Below are positions 41,291 through 51,914 of a stretch of 64,000 bases of DNA, piece after piece. The stretch covers positions 224,001 to 288,000 of the forward strand of contig CAWCNS010000006.1 in NCBI GenBank assembly GCA_963796965.1, written 5' to 3'. Under the pieces are notes generated by a model. That model was not told the DNA's origin and ran no database searches. It saw only the letters and a list, made by a program, of their open reading frames with translations. The first letter of the stretch is position 1, and each line of letters opens with the position of its first letter. This DNA comes from Calditrichia bacterium (GTDB taxonomy: Bacteria; Calditrichota; Calditrichia; JAJRVZ01). A program made the translations under genes and the position numbers.

Positions 41291-42341
41291 ATAGTGGTAA
41301 ATAAAATGAAGTAACTGTTCCTTTTCCTGGTTCACTTTTAATCGAGAGCGAACCACCATGGTTTTGAATAATTTTATCCGCCATCGACAACCCGATACCA
41401 ATATGTCCAAGATCCTTCCAGGTTGTAAAAAATGGCTTTTTTACTTCTGATATATATTCATTAGGAATCCCTGGCCCATTATCTTTAATAGATACAGAAA
41501 GCCAATCATGATCGATAAAAATAGATTTGTTCTGCTCCCGGCTTAACGTCACATCTATATCGTTTCCCTCAATTTTACAAGCAGTGACAGCATTATCAAG
41601 GAGCGCAACAAGAGCTCGTTCAATCAACTCCAAATCAACATTAACATAATTTAAATTATCTTCAAAATTTAATCTATATTTTATTCCTGAGGCATCTTCA
41701 TTTTCTGCTATGATCTCTTCAAATAATTCACGTACAAGATACCACGAACATTGTAACGAAAAATCTCTAAGATATACCATAATCTCTTCAGATAATTTTT
41801 GAGAATAACAAATTCGCTCCGCAATAGTAACGTTTCCACTCTCGCGGTCAGGGATCAAGGCTGCCAATGAATTCAGGTCATGGGCCATCCTACTAACAAT
41901 ATGGACGGTTTTGTCCCAAACCCGTTCTTGACTTCCTTCTTCATTGGCTATTGCCAGTTTATATAGTGTATTGATTTCACTCCAGATATGCGGGGGAATA
42001 TTACGAAACTGGTTTTGCTCTCCTGCAATAACCAGCACATGACAAACCTTTTCTTTATGGTTTGTTAAGGGAAAAAAGTGCAAATCACCAAATTTTATAA
42101 TTGATGATCCTGGCGTAATATAATTTTTGTCCACTTCAATTAGGGCTTTACGGTGCTGCTTTTCAATTGCTGTTGAACCTATCGGTTCATAACAATCCGG
42201 GGCATTCTGATGCTTGAAAATGGTGATATTTGAGAAACCATAATTTATATTAAGATAGGATACGATAAGATCAACCAGTTGTTGGCCCGTGCCCAGATGA
42301 TCCTGCAGAAAATTCAAAAAAGAATATTTATTTTGTGTCAT
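41274..42341 (-). CDS. Cytoplasmic sensor histidine kinase
   Basis: MAHDLN H-box, LLDNA, DNGPGI, PFFTT, GIGLS, HGGSL; no TM helix. Confidence 0.85.
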   Translation of the reverse strand: MTQNKYSFLNFLQDHLGTGQQLVDLIVSYLNINYGFSNITIFKHQNAPDCYEPIGSTAIEKQHRKALIEVDKNYITPGSSIIKFGDLHFFPLTNHKEKVCHVLVIAGEQNQFRNIPPHIWSEINTLYKLAIANEEGSQERVWDKTVHIVSRMAHDLNSLAALIPDRESGNVTIAERICYSQKLSEEIMVYLRDFSLQCSWYLVRELFEEIIAENEDASGIKYRLNFEDNLNYVNVDLELIERALVALLDNAVTACKIEGNDIDVTLSREQNKSIFIDHDWLSVSIKDNGPGIPNEYISEVKKPFFTTWKDLGHIGIGLSMADKIIQNHGGSLSIKSEPGKGTVTSFYLPLYDAKI

Positions 42342-43119
42342 TTTTTTCTTCTTTATTTTTTGCTTGATCCCAGAATTTGTCTAGGATTTCCAATCCGGCC
42401 TGTCTCATTTTATCATAATCTCCATCAAAGGCCTTTTCTACATATTCAAAACGTTGAACAAATTTTTTATTACTCAGTCGAAGGGCATCCTCGGCAGAAA
42501 CATTTAAAAATCGGGATAAATTCACCAATGTGAAAAATAAATCACCTAATTCTTCTTCGGTATTGGCCTTATCTCTCTGCTCAAGAGCATTTTTTAATTC
42601 CTCAACTTCCTCATCCAATTTATCCAGGACATCCCGGGTTTTTTCCCAATCAAAAGAGACACGGCTTGCTTTCTCTTGCAATCTCTGGGCCCGTAATAAC
42701 GCTGGTGCTGATTCTGGTATTCCAGAAAGTAAAGATTTTCGATTTTCTTTTTTTATTTTAATCTTCTCCCAATTAACTTCAACATCCTTGGCAGAGGAAA
42801 CTTTCTTATCTCCAAATACATGCGGATGTCTTGAAATTAATTTATTGATAAGATTATCAAGAACAGAGTCTATAGAAAATTTATTCTCTTCCTGAGCAAT
42901 AACGGATTGAAATATAATTTGAAGGAGGAGGTCACCTAATTCATCCTTAAGTTTTAGCCAATCTTTTTGATCAATTGTGTCAACTGTTTCATAAGCTTCT
43001 TCTAAAATATACTTTCGCAATGACTCCGGAGTCTGTTGCTGGTCCCATGGACATTCTTTTCTTAATTGTTGCATTATTTCAACCAAATGTGAAAATTTCA
43101 CGTCAATTGAGGAATTCAT
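42328..43119 (-). CDS. mazG: Nucleoside triphosphate pyrophosphohydrolase MazG
   Basis: CPWD..QT, EEAYE, ELGDLLLQ, RHPHVF, EEELGDLFF. Confidence 0.95.
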   Translation of the reverse strand: MNSSIDVKFSHLVEIMQQLRKECPWDQQQTPESLRKYILEEAYETVDTIDQKDWLKLKDELGDLLLQIIFQSVIAQEENKFSIDSVLDNLINKLISRHPHVFGDKKVSSAKDVEVNWEKIKIKKENRKSLLSGIPESAPALLRAQRLQEKASRVSFDWEKTRDVLDKLDEEVEELKNALEQRDKANTEEELGDLFFTLVNLSRFLNVSAEDALRLSNKKFVQRFEYVEKAFDGDYDKMRQAGLEILDKFWDQAKNKEEKNDTK

Positions 43120-43253
43120 TACAGTTTTTCCATTAATCCTGTTTACATTTTCGGTTGTATATTATAATTTCTGAAGAATTATCTCTCAAAAATTTGTCAT
43201 AGAAGAGTAATCTTTACCAATAATTCATTTAATAAGGATTCAATATAAAACAA

Positions 43254-43970
43254 ATGGTGCAAAATAGAAAAGAAATAATATCTGTGATTATTCCTGTCTT
43301 TAATGAAGAAGGATCTATTGGGAAAGTTCTCAATGATATCCCGCAAGATTTAGTGAATAATGTTATTGTCGTTGATAACGGATCAACAGATCGAAGTGTT
43401 GAAATTGCCAAAAATAATGGTGCTATTGTCCTCTCCGAAAAAGAACGCGGATATGGTGCAGCATGTCTGAAAGGTATTGATTATCTAAAGAGGAATAATA
43501 TACCAGATATTCTCATCTTTTTGGATGGTGATTACAGTGATTTTCCAGAGGATATGATAGATCTAATTGACAAGATAGATTCCGGCTATGACTTTGTTTT
43601 GGGTTCAAGAGTAATGGGGGTTCAGGCCAATCGGGCAAAATTATCCTCACATTCTATTCTTGGAAATAAATTAGCCGCGTTTTTCCTTAAGTGGCTTTTT
43701 AAAGGCAATTATACCGATCTAGGGCCTTTCCGCGCAATCCGGTTTGATAAATTGCTCTCACTAAATATGCAAGATCGGAACTTTGGATGGACAATGGAGA
43801 TGCAGATAAAAGCTGTAAGGAAGGGCTTATCAACTTGCGAAGTTCCCGTACAATATCGTGAACGCTATGCGGGTGAATCAAAAGTGACCGGAACGATTAA
43901 AGGAAGTGTTAAAGCATTTGCAAAAATAACCTATATTGTGATTCTATATTTCTTAAGAATAAAACAATAA
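43254..43970 (+). CDS. Glycosyltransferase family 2 (DPM1-like)
   Basis: VIIPVFNEE, VDNGSTD, GYGAAC, FLDGD, TDLGPFRAI. Confidence 0.9.
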   Translation: MVQNRKEIISVIIPVFNEEGSIGKVLNDIPQDLVNNVIVVDNGSTDRSVEIAKNNGAIVLSEKERGYGAACLKGIDYLKRNNIPDILIFLDGDYSDFPEDMIDLIDKIDSGYDFVLGSRVMGVQANRAKLSSHSILGNKLAAFFLKWLFKGNYTDLGPFRAIRFDKLLSLNMQDRNFGWTMEMQIKAVRKGLSTCEVPVQYRERYAGESKVTGTIKGSVKAFAKITYIVILYFLRIKQ

Positions 43971-43999
43971 AAAGAAACACCTTGATTTTGTCCATGCAT

Positions 44000-44654
44000 C
44001 TAGGAAACGATAAATTCCACTAATCCAACTTCAGATATTTCTGCATGCAATTTATCCCCGGATTTTATTTCACCAACACCAGCCGGTGTACCCGTTAAAA
44101 TTATATCCCCTTTTTCGAGTGTAAAAATTCTCGAGATATAGGAGAGCAATTCTCCGACAGAATGGATCATATCTTGTGTATTTCCATTCTGCCGCAACTC
44201 ATCATTGAGATACATTTTAAGAGAGAGTGATTGAATATCCTCTATCTCGCCTATTGGCGTAAACGAGGAAATTGGACAAGAACCATCAAATCCTTTCGCC
44301 ACCGCCCAGGGATGTCCTTTTTCTTTAGCTTTTTCGCTGCCAGTCGCGCAGAGTTAGATCCAAAGCAATACCAGCGCCGAGAATATATTCTCTCCACTCT
44401 GAAGGGACAATATTTTTTGCCTTTTTCCCTATCAGCAAAGCCAGTTCTGTTTCATAATGAATTTCATTACTATATTCGGGCAGATAAATCATGTCTCCCT
44501 CAGACAGTAAAGCTGTAGAAGGTTTCAAAAAAAGTAAAGGTTCTTTACTCGTCTTTGATTTCATTTCTTCAATGTGTAGACGATAATTCTGACCAACACA
44601 AACAATTTTGCCGACGTTAAATAGTTGATCTGGTTTTAATCTAATTTTCGACAT
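44000..44654 (-). CDS. Fumarylacetoacetate hydrolase family protein; indel near 44327
   Basis: GKIVCVGQNY, FLKP, HYETEL, LDLTLRD, AKGFD, ILTGTPAGVG. Confidence 0.9.
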
Positions 44655-44655
44655 T

Positions 44656-45963
44656 TTATGTTTCTCCAATAATTCGAATAACTGTGGTTTCACCTCTAAT
44701 TATTCTCGATTTTTTTATTTGAGACAAAGCTGACAAAATATCTTTTTCTTTTGATCTTTCAACAAATATGTGAACTGAAGCTGTGGGTTCTCGTTTCTGC
44801 TCCCATTTGGAGGCATGGGCTGACTCAATGTTGATGTTATTCTGCCCTAACAAAGTTGCTATTCTGCCCATCACCCCAGGAACATCAAGACACGAAAATC
44901 TTAAGTAATATCCGGAATAGATCTCACTTATAGGTAAAATAGGACGATCATTCCATAGGGGATAATCATGTATAAAAGGCGTTGCGCCATTGAGTGAAGT
45001 TGCAACCGAAACCAAATCACGAATGATCATATTTGCGGCAGGTAATACACCAGCACCCTTTCCATAAAGCATAAATTCTCCAACAAGATCTGTCTGAATA
45101 TATACAGCATTATAATCATCCTGTACAGAATTCAAGGGGTGTTTTCTTGGTACTAATGTTGGATGTACCCTTAGTTCTAACCCATCTTCACGATCTCTCA
45201 GAACAGTTAAAAGCTTTATTTGATAACCAAATTCTTCAGCATATTTTATATCCAGTTTATTCAGGCTTGAAATACCTTCTGCATGTACATTTAAGTAGTC
45301 AACTTCAACGCCAAAAGCCATGGCCGCCAACAATGCCAATTTTTGCGCGGAGTCCGATCCCTCATAATCAACCAACATATGGCTTTCAGAGATTTCTTTC
45401 AGATGCGGCATTTTTAATACTTCTTTTAGTGACTTTTTACTTCGATGCATCTCCGATAAAATAAAATTTGATGTGCCGCTGGCAATACCCCAAAGTCCGA
45501 TTATTCGAGAACCGATTAAATCACGCTTCAGTAAACGGACAATGGGAATTCCTCCACCCAGGGCAGCATCAAACTGCAGCTGAACCTTTCTTGATCTGGC
45601 CAGATCAAATAGCTCTTTCATTTTACTAGCAAGCAAAGCACGATTAGCAGAAACTACATGACGGCCACTATTAAGAAATTGTTTAATTATACCATAAGTA
45701 GGTTCTATCCCTCCCACAGCATCAATGGCAATCTGAACAGATTGATCATTTATAATTTTATCCAAATCGTCGGTTAATATATCTTGGGGAATATTTTTAT
45801 CTCTTTGATAATCCAAATGCTTCACAAATATATATTTTATGTTAAGGTTGAATCCCGTCTGCTCCTGAATTTTCTTTCTTATTTCCAACAAAAAATTATA
45901 AAGCCCTTGTCCAAGTTTGCCACAACCCAAAAGGGCGATATTTACTTCAATTGATTTTGGCAT
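44656..45963 (-). CDS. Homoserine dehydrogenase-like protein with C-terminal ACT domain (divergent)
   Basis: LGCGKLG, GGGIP, GTSNFIL, DSAQKL, RVHPTLVP, YGKGAG, DVPGVMG. Confidence 0.8.
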   Translation of the reverse strand: MPKSIEVNIALLGCGKLGQGLYNFLLEIRKKIQEQTGFNLNIKYIFVKHLDYQRDKNIPQDILTDDLDKIINDQSVQIAIDAVGGIEPTYGIIKQFLNSGRHVVSANRALLASKMKELFDLARSRKVQLQFDAALGGGIPIVRLLKRDLIGSRIIGLWGIASGTSNFILSEMHRSKKSLKEVLKMPHLKEISESHMLVDYEGSDSAQKLALLAAMAFGVEVDYLNVHAEGISSLNKLDIKYAEEFGYQIKLLTVLRDREDGLELRVHPTLVPRKHPLNSVQDDYNAVYIQTDLVGEFMLYGKGAGVLPAANMIIRDLVSVATSLNGATPFIHDYPLWNDRPILPISEIYSGYYLRFSCLDVPGVMGRIATLLGQNNINIESAHASKWEQKREPTASVHIFVERSKEKDILSALSQIKKSRIIRGETTVIRIIGET

Positions 45964-46201
45964 AGTGTATACCTTTTATTACAAAAATTAGAACAGCCAT
46001 AGAAAATAAATTATTTACACGTTATATATCATGGAATTTACAAAAAAATTCAATAAGAAGAATTTTGAACCTCCATGGAAAGAATAGAGAAATCTTTGGT
46101 ATGATTCTCATTATAGTACCTATTGTAAATTAAAGACAATTATTATTATATTAAATATAATCGGAAAAGCCAAGATATGTATAGCAGAGGAGACCATCTT
46201 T

Positions 46202-46588
46202 ATGGGTTCAAGGAAACAATTAATCGTTGTTGGTGATCGGGTTCTAATTAATCCGGATGATTCGAAAGAAAAAACTAATTTTGGCTTGTACCTACCACAG
46301 GGAATTGAAGAGAAAGAGAAGGTCCAAAGCGGATTTGTCGTTAAAACCGGTCCGGGCTACCCCCTTCCGGATCCAATGGATAATGGTGATGAATCATGGG
46401 GGGGATCAAGAAGAGATGCCAAATATTTACCACTTCAGGTTGAAGAGGGTGATTATGTCATTTTTCTGAGAAAATCCACTATAGAAATAGAGTTCGAAAA
46501 AAACAAGTACTTGATTCTTCCTCAATCGGCTATTCTATTAATCGTTCGGGAAGATATTCTCGGAAAAATTAATTCTGATAGCCAATAA
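46202..46588 (+). CDS. GroES/Cpn10-family co-chaperonin (orphan)
   Basis: GDRVLI, GLYLP, EKEK..G.VVKTGPG, PLQVEEGD; GAGGAG RBS. Confidence 0.85.
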   Translation: MGSRKQLIVVGDRVLINPDDSKEKTNFGLYLPQGIEEKEKVQSGFVVKTGPGYPLPDPMDNGDESWGGSRRDAKYLPLQVEEGDYVIFLRKSTIEIEFEKNKYLILPQSAILLIVREDILGKINSDSQ

Positions 46589-46633
46589 GACATATGTCTG
46601 CTACTTTTCTAATCTATATTCTTTATTTATATA

Positions 46634-47536
46634 TCAGGATCTTTTAAATATATTTTTTAAAATAGAAGTAGCAATATTGGGGTTTTCTTTGAGTCGTCGC
46701 ATGGAATAAGCGTGCCAATGCTCACCAAATGGTACATATATCCTCATACGGTGCCCATCCTCAACCAATTTATCTCGTAAATTTTCAGTAACACCTAGTA
46801 GCATTTGAAATTCATATTCCTCCCTTTTCATTTTCAACCGGTCAATCAAAGAAAGAGCATGCCAGATAAGTTTTTCATCATGGGTGGCAATTCCAACATA
46901 ACACCCATTTTCCAAAAGTTTTTCCAATGCATAATTAAAATTCAAATTTACAATCTCCGGATTTTTGTACGCAATAGCTTTTGGTTCAATGTAAATTCCC
47001 TTACAAAGTCTGAGATTTGCCTGAATTTCAATTAACCTGTTGATATCATTAATAGTCCGACGTAAATAGGATTGAATAACCACACCTACATTGTCATATT
47101 GTTCTCTCAGCTTTAGAAATATATCGATTGTATCAGAGGTGCAGGTATGGTCTTCCATATCAATTCTGACAAAGTTATCATACTTTTTTGCTTGCTCAAC
47201 TATGATTCGGATATTTTCAAGGCAAAATGATTTATCTATCTTGAGACCCAGGTGAGTTGGTTTGATTGAAACGTTTGAGTCCAGCTGATTCTCATCAATA
47301 GCGGACAGAACGACTAGATATTCTTCAACGACTTTTAGTGTATCATCTTTTTTTTCGATTTCTTCTCCTAAGATATCCACCGTTGCCATGATTCCCCGTG
47401 CATTAAATTTTCGAATAGCATTGATAGCATCCTGAAGAGTAGAACCAGCAATATATTTTTTTGAGAATATCCCAACGATAAATTTTGGTACTAATGGAAG
47501 AAACCAGACAAGCAGTTTATTAAAAATCAATTCCAT
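46634..47536 (-). CDS. Monofunctional proline dehydrogenase
   Basis: SIKPTHLG, RIDME, RLCKGIY, IATHD, EFQMLLG, YSMRRLKENP. Confidence 0.92.
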   Translation of the reverse strand: MELIFNKLLVWFLPLVPKFIVGIFSKKYIAGSTLQDAINAIRKFNARGIMATVDILGEEIEKKDDTLKVVEEYLVVLSAIDENQLDSNVSIKPTHLGLKIDKSFCLENIRIIVEQAKKYDNFVRIDMEDHTCTSDTIDIFLKLREQYDNVGVVIQSYLRRTINDINRLIEIQANLRLCKGIYIEPKAIAYKNPEIVNLNFNYALEKLLENGCYVGIATHDEKLIWHALSLIDRLKMKREEYEFQMLLGVTENLRDKLVEDGHRMRIYVPFGEHWHAYSMRRLKENPNIATSILKNIFKRS

Positions 47537-47543
47537 TACTCCT

Positions 47544-47819
47544 TCATATTTTATTAATTTCCATTGCTATTCGAAAATCCTTCTCCGTAAGTCCCCCAAC
47601 ATCATGTGTAAAAAAACGCAAAGACACCCGGTTGTAAACGTTAAATATTTCAGGATGATGGTTATGTGATTCGCAGATCACCGCAACCATATTTATAAAA
47701 TCCATTGCCTCAGAGAAATCCTGAAAATCCCAGTTTCGCTTAATCGTATTTCCGTCAAGGTCCCAATACTCAGCCTCTATAAGATTGGCTTTTATTTCTT
47801 CATTTGATAGCAGCTTCAT
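47544..47819 (-). CDS. Pterin-4-alpha-carbinolamine dehydratase
   Basis: NHHPE, THDVGGLTEKD. Confidence 0.9.
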   Translation of the reverse strand: MKLLSNEEIKANLIEAEYWDLDGNTIKRNWDFQDFSEAMDFINMVAVICESHNHHPEIFNVYNRVSLRFFTHDVGGLTEKDFRIAMEINKI

Positions 47820-47889
47820 TAGCTTCTCCCGTTTTTGCATGCTAAATACTACGACACTAAAGCCGATGAATATTTGAGTGATAATTTAA

Positions 47890-48642
47890 CTAAACAGGGT
47901 TTGGTATATCAACAAATGATACTTCCAAACCAAACTCCTTTGAAAGTAGAGCGCCAAGGGCAAGAACACCAAATTTTTCAGTAGCATAATGACCAGCTGA
48001 AACAAAATGAATTCCTTCCTCCTTGGCATAATGCATTATATGCTCGCTCGCTTCGCCGGTTAAATATAGATCCAACTTTGCATTTACTGCTTGTATAACA
48101 TCTTTCTGGGCTCCCCCACTCATGATGCCAACCGATTTAACTAATTTTGGCCCAAAATCAAATATTACTGGTTTTTGCCCAACGACATTTGTGATTTTTT
48201 CAAACACAACTTTTTTTTCTATAGATTCCAAGCCACCCATCATACCTATTATTTGCCCACCATGCTCTCCGAATGGTCTTATATGTTTAAGATTTAACAA
48301 TTTGCCTAATTGGGCATTATTTCCGATTTCTTCATGAGCATCCAACGGAAGATGAAATCCAAATAAATTGATGTTCTGATCGAGTAATAAGCGGACACGT
48401 TCTCGGTATCCACCCCTATATAGGGGTCTTTCAAATGACCAGATTATGCCATGATGGACAATAATTGCATCTGCAGACATTTCAATTGCTCTGTTAAAAA
48501 GATCTACACAGGCTGTCACTCCAGTCACAATCCTTTGTATCTCCGGCCGCCCCTCCACCTGAAGACCATTGGGGCAAATGTCTTTGAACTCAGCTGTATT
48601 TAGATAATCGGCAAGAAATTTATTCAGATCATCTCTTTTCAT
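47890..48642 (-). CDS. Nif3-like dinuclear metal centre protein
   Basis: NGLQVEG, VHHG, HLPLDAH, GHYATEKFG. Confidence 0.92.
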   Translation of the reverse strand: MKRDDLNKFLADYLNTAEFKDICPNGLQVEGRPEIQRIVTGVTACVDLFNRAIEMSADAIIVHHGIIWSFERPLYRGGYRERVRLLLDQNINLFGFHLPLDAHEEIGNNAQLGKLLNLKHIRPFGEHGGQIIGMMGGLESIEKKVVFEKITNVVGQKPVIFDFGPKLVKSVGIMSGGAQKDVIQAVNAKLDLYLTGEASEHIMHYAKEEGIHFVSAGHYATEKFGVLALGALLSKEFGLEVSFVDIPNPV

Positions 48643-48668
48643 TTAAAACTCCTAAACGATGAAATTCC

Positions 48669-49221
48669 TTATGGATTTAAACCGATTTCTTCCGCGACCC
48701 CTCTCAGAGACTTGTACAACAAAGATCACATGATCTTCAAATTCTACCCCTAATTCCTCGGCTCCTTGACGAATCTCGTCACGATTTACTTTAGCTGCGA
48801 ATCTCTTATCTTTCATTTTCTTTTTTACAGATTTAACCGAAACTTCACCCACGGATTTATTTGGCCGAACCAAGGTAACAGCAACAATAAATCCACATAA
48901 TTCATCAACAGCAAAAAGAGTTTTGGCCACCAGAGAATCCCTAGCCACACCACTAAAATCTGCATGCCCGAGAATTGCCTTACGTATCTCTTCCGATACT
49001 CCCATCTCAGCAAGAATCTCTCCACCTTTCATTGGATGTTCATCTGGATACTTTTCATAATCAAAATCATGTATAAGTCCAATGGCCCCCCAAATCTCAC
49101 GATCTTCCCCATATTTTTCAGCATAAGCACGCATAGCTGCCTCGACTGAATAGGCATGTTTACGCAAGCTTTCTGTTTTAGTATATTCAAAAAGAATCTT
49201 TAATGCTTCTTCTCGTGTCAT
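48669..49221 (-). CDS. HD-domain (HDIG) hydrolase; indel near the 3' end
   Basis: LRKH..VE..M, LIHDFDYE, AVDELCG, FAAKVNR; shifted end reads AEEIGLNP*. Confidence 0.85.
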
Positions 49222-49322
49222 TCTTGCCCCTCTCCTATTTTTTTTCTATAAATGTCTTCTCTATGAGAAGCCGTTGCAACTTCTCAATGTTCAATAATGG
49301 ATATAGTTTTATCATTGACAGA

Positions 49323-50078
49323 CTACCCGCAAAGTACACTACCCGAATTTACATTCAGAATCTCTCCGGTGATGGCATTGGCCCAATCTGATGCTAAAAA
49401 TACAACGGGTCCTGCTATATCTTCCGCCAGAGGTATCTTTCTAAGTGGAATATTCTCTAAAAGTCCCTCACCAGCCAGGCTAATTGCTTCCCGGGACATA
49501 TCCGTATCGACCCAACCCGGCGCGACACAATTTACATATATCCCATCTGGTCCCAATTCAGTTGCAAGCGATTTTGTAAAACTAATGATTGCCCCTTTAC
49601 TGGCGGCATAATGGGAATGAAATGCCTCCCCCCTTTGACCTGCAGTTGAAGCAATGTAAATAATTCGTCCGTGAATTTTTCTTTCCTTCATATGTGAGAC
49701 AATTTCCTGAGTGAAGTAGAATATGCTATCCAGATTAATTTCCATTGTTCTGCGCCAACTTTTTTCTGTCATGGTATCTATAGCACCGTATTCCCATATC
49801 CCTGCATTATTTACAAATATATCAATTTGGGTGAATTTCTCAATTGTTGTACTCACTAATTTTTTTACATCATCATGGTTGGATACATCACATTGGTCGT
49901 AGAAATAATTGGTGCTATGCGATTGCAACTCATTCTCTAATTTTTCCGCACTAGTTCTATCCGTATTGTAATTAAAGGAAACATTAGCACCTAGTTTTGC
50001 AAAAAGTTTTACGGTAGCAGCTCCAATTCCACGGCTGCCACCTGTTATAAGAACTGTTTTACCCTTGAATGAATGCAT
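49323..50078 (-). CDS. SDR family oxidoreductase (FabG-like)
   Basis: TGGSRGIG, NNAG, YAASK, VAPGWVDT. Confidence 0.92.
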   Translation of the reverse strand: MHSFKGKTVLITGGSRGIGAATVKLFAKLGANVSFNYNTDRTSAEKLENELQSHSTNYFYDQCDVSNHDDVKKLVSTTIEKFTQIDIFVNNAGIWEYGAIDTMTEKSWRRTMEINLDSIFYFTQEIVSHMKERKIHGRIIYIASTAGQRGEAFHSHYAASKGAIISFTKSLATELGPDGIYVNCVAPGWVDTDMSREAISLAGEGLLENIPLRKIPLAEDIAGPVVFLASDWANAITGEILNVNSGSVLCG

Positions 50079-50122
50079 TTTGAACTACCCTTTATAAATC
50101 GTAAGGTCGGAAATTTTACAGA

Positions 50123-51133
50123 TTAAGAATATTTTATGCCTTCCAAGACCAGGCTATTCTCCGTTATCTTTCTCTTTTTCCCTAAGGTGAACCCTACTTC
50201 TTGTAAAATTGAATTAAGTTGACTGGGCATATAACATTTGCCGCCTTCAGTTGAAAGTAACATATGCAAGGAAAATATGGCACTGAATTCTGGTCCGGCT
50301 CCCCTATCGTTAAGATAAAAATCTTTTATGAGAATCCTGCCTCCCCGATTTAGAGCCGAATAACACTTCTTAAAAATCAGTTTTGTGTCAAAGATATCAA
50401 AAATGTGAATAACATTGGATATGAATATAACATCATAAGATTTCCCATACTCTGACTCGAATAAATCTCCGCTGATAAATGACATTCTATTATATGCTTT
50501 ATGTTCAGCCAGATGGGTTTTTGCAAATTTTATTGTTTCCGGTAGATCCAATAATGTTATTTTTATATTTGGATATTTTTCACAGAATGACATCATATAA
50601 ATTCCTGGACCACCAGCCAAATCCAGGATATGCTCATCCCCACGAAGTTTAATTTTTTCAAGAACAACAGGGGCTGATTTTCGGCCAACATTTGACATTG
50701 CAGCAATAAAACGCTTTGTATCTTGTAGTTTTCTCACCTTCCCGGTCTTTTTCACTGGTTTACCAGACTTAATACTCTCAGTCAGACGCAACCATCTATG
50801 TTGCAAATGAATCTCATGCTTTATTAATCCTCCGATGTTATTATCTGTGTTGGGAGTAAAGAGAGGTTTATATTCAGCAGATAATTGATAGAATTCCATC
50901 TGCCTCTTTATTATACCAAATGACATGAGAGCAGAAAGGATTCTTTCAACTCCCGTATTGGAAAGATTTAAATTAGTGGCAATCTCACTTATTGATGAGT
51001 TGTTTTCGCTTAAGTATTCTAGAATGCCTGTTTCAAAAGCAGAAAATAAAATGTTTGTTTTTCTATGGGCCCGCATAATTTGATCTATATCATCATATGC
51101 AGACAAGGATTTATCTCTATTTATTTTAAACAT
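50123..51133 (-). CDS. O-methyltransferase (dimerisation domain + SAM domain)
   Basis: LDLAGGPG, LDLP, GDLF, SNVIH. Confidence 0.88.
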   Translation of the reverse strand: MFKINRDKSLSAYDDIDQIMRAHRKTNILFSAFETGILEYLSENNSSISEIATNLNLSNTGVERILSALMSFGIIKRQMEFYQLSAEYKPLFTPNTDNNIGGLIKHEIHLQHRWLRLTESIKSGKPVKKTGKVRKLQDTKRFIAAMSNVGRKSAPVVLEKIKLRGDEHILDLAGGPGIYMMSFCEKYPNIKITLLDLPETIKFAKTHLAEHKAYNRMSFISGDLFESEYGKSYDVIFISNVIHIFDIFDTKLIFKKCYSALNRGGRILIKDFYLNDRGAGPEFSAIFSLHMLLSTEGGKCYMPSQLNSILQEVGFTLGKKRKITENSLVLEGIKYS

Positions 51134-51179
51134 CTGTAAGAATTATAATGTTTCCTCACTGTGAAAAATTGTGATAGAT

Positions 51180-51914
51180 TTATAGTTGTTGTGTTGCCAA
51201 AGCAGCTCCAATAATTCCTGCTTCATTTAATAATTGGGCTGGTTTCAGTTCGACATTTGAACTCAAATAATGAAAAAATTTCTCTTGCTTTTTACTGGCC
51301 CCACCCCCGATGATGATTAAATCTGGCCAGAATAATTGCTCGATCTCGTAGAGATATTTATTGAATCGTTTACTCCATTTTTTCCAAGATAAATTTTCAT
51401 TTTTCCGTACGGCATCTGAGGCATAATGTTCAGCTATTACGTCATCCATAACCAAATGGCCAAGTTCCATGTTCGGGAAGAGATGACCTTTACTAAAAGC
51501 AGCTGTCCCCAGACCCGTCCCAATAGTAATGACGAACACAACTCCCTCGTTATTTTTGCCGGCCCCAAATTTCATTTCTGCCAAACCAGCAGCATCAGCA
51601 TCATTGAGAACAACAGTCGGACAACCAGATGCCTCACTAAAAAGCGCAGAAGCTACCGTTCCGATCCACTTCTCATCAATATTTGAAGCCGTTCGGACTC
51701 TCCCCTTGCTTATTGCAGCAGGGAAGCCACAACCAACTGGTCCGGACCATTTAAAATGATTGATAAGTTTAACGACAGTTTCGGTTACTGATTTCGGGGT
51801 TGCTGGCATTGGGGTTGGAATCCTATGTCGTGCTGCTGTTAATTCTCCGGTTTTAATATTTACCAGAGCCCCTTTTATTCCCGAACCACCAATATCCACT
51901 CCAAGTATTTCCAT
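51180..51914 (-). CDS. ppgK: Polyphosphate/ATP glucokinase (ROK family)
   Basis: [36 protein letters not shown]. Confidence 0.9.
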   Translation of the reverse strand: MEILGVDIGGSGIKGALVNIKTGELTAARHRIPTPMPATPKSVTETVVKLINHFKWSGPVGCGFPAAISKGRVRTASNIDEKWIGTVASALFSEASGCPTVVLNDADAAGLAEMKFGAGKNNEGVVFVITIGTGLGTAAFSKGHLFPNMELGHLVMDDVIAEHYASDAVRKNENLSWKKWSKRFNKYLYEIEQLFWPDLIIIGGGASKKQEKFFHYLSSNVELKPAQLLNEAGIIGAALATQQL

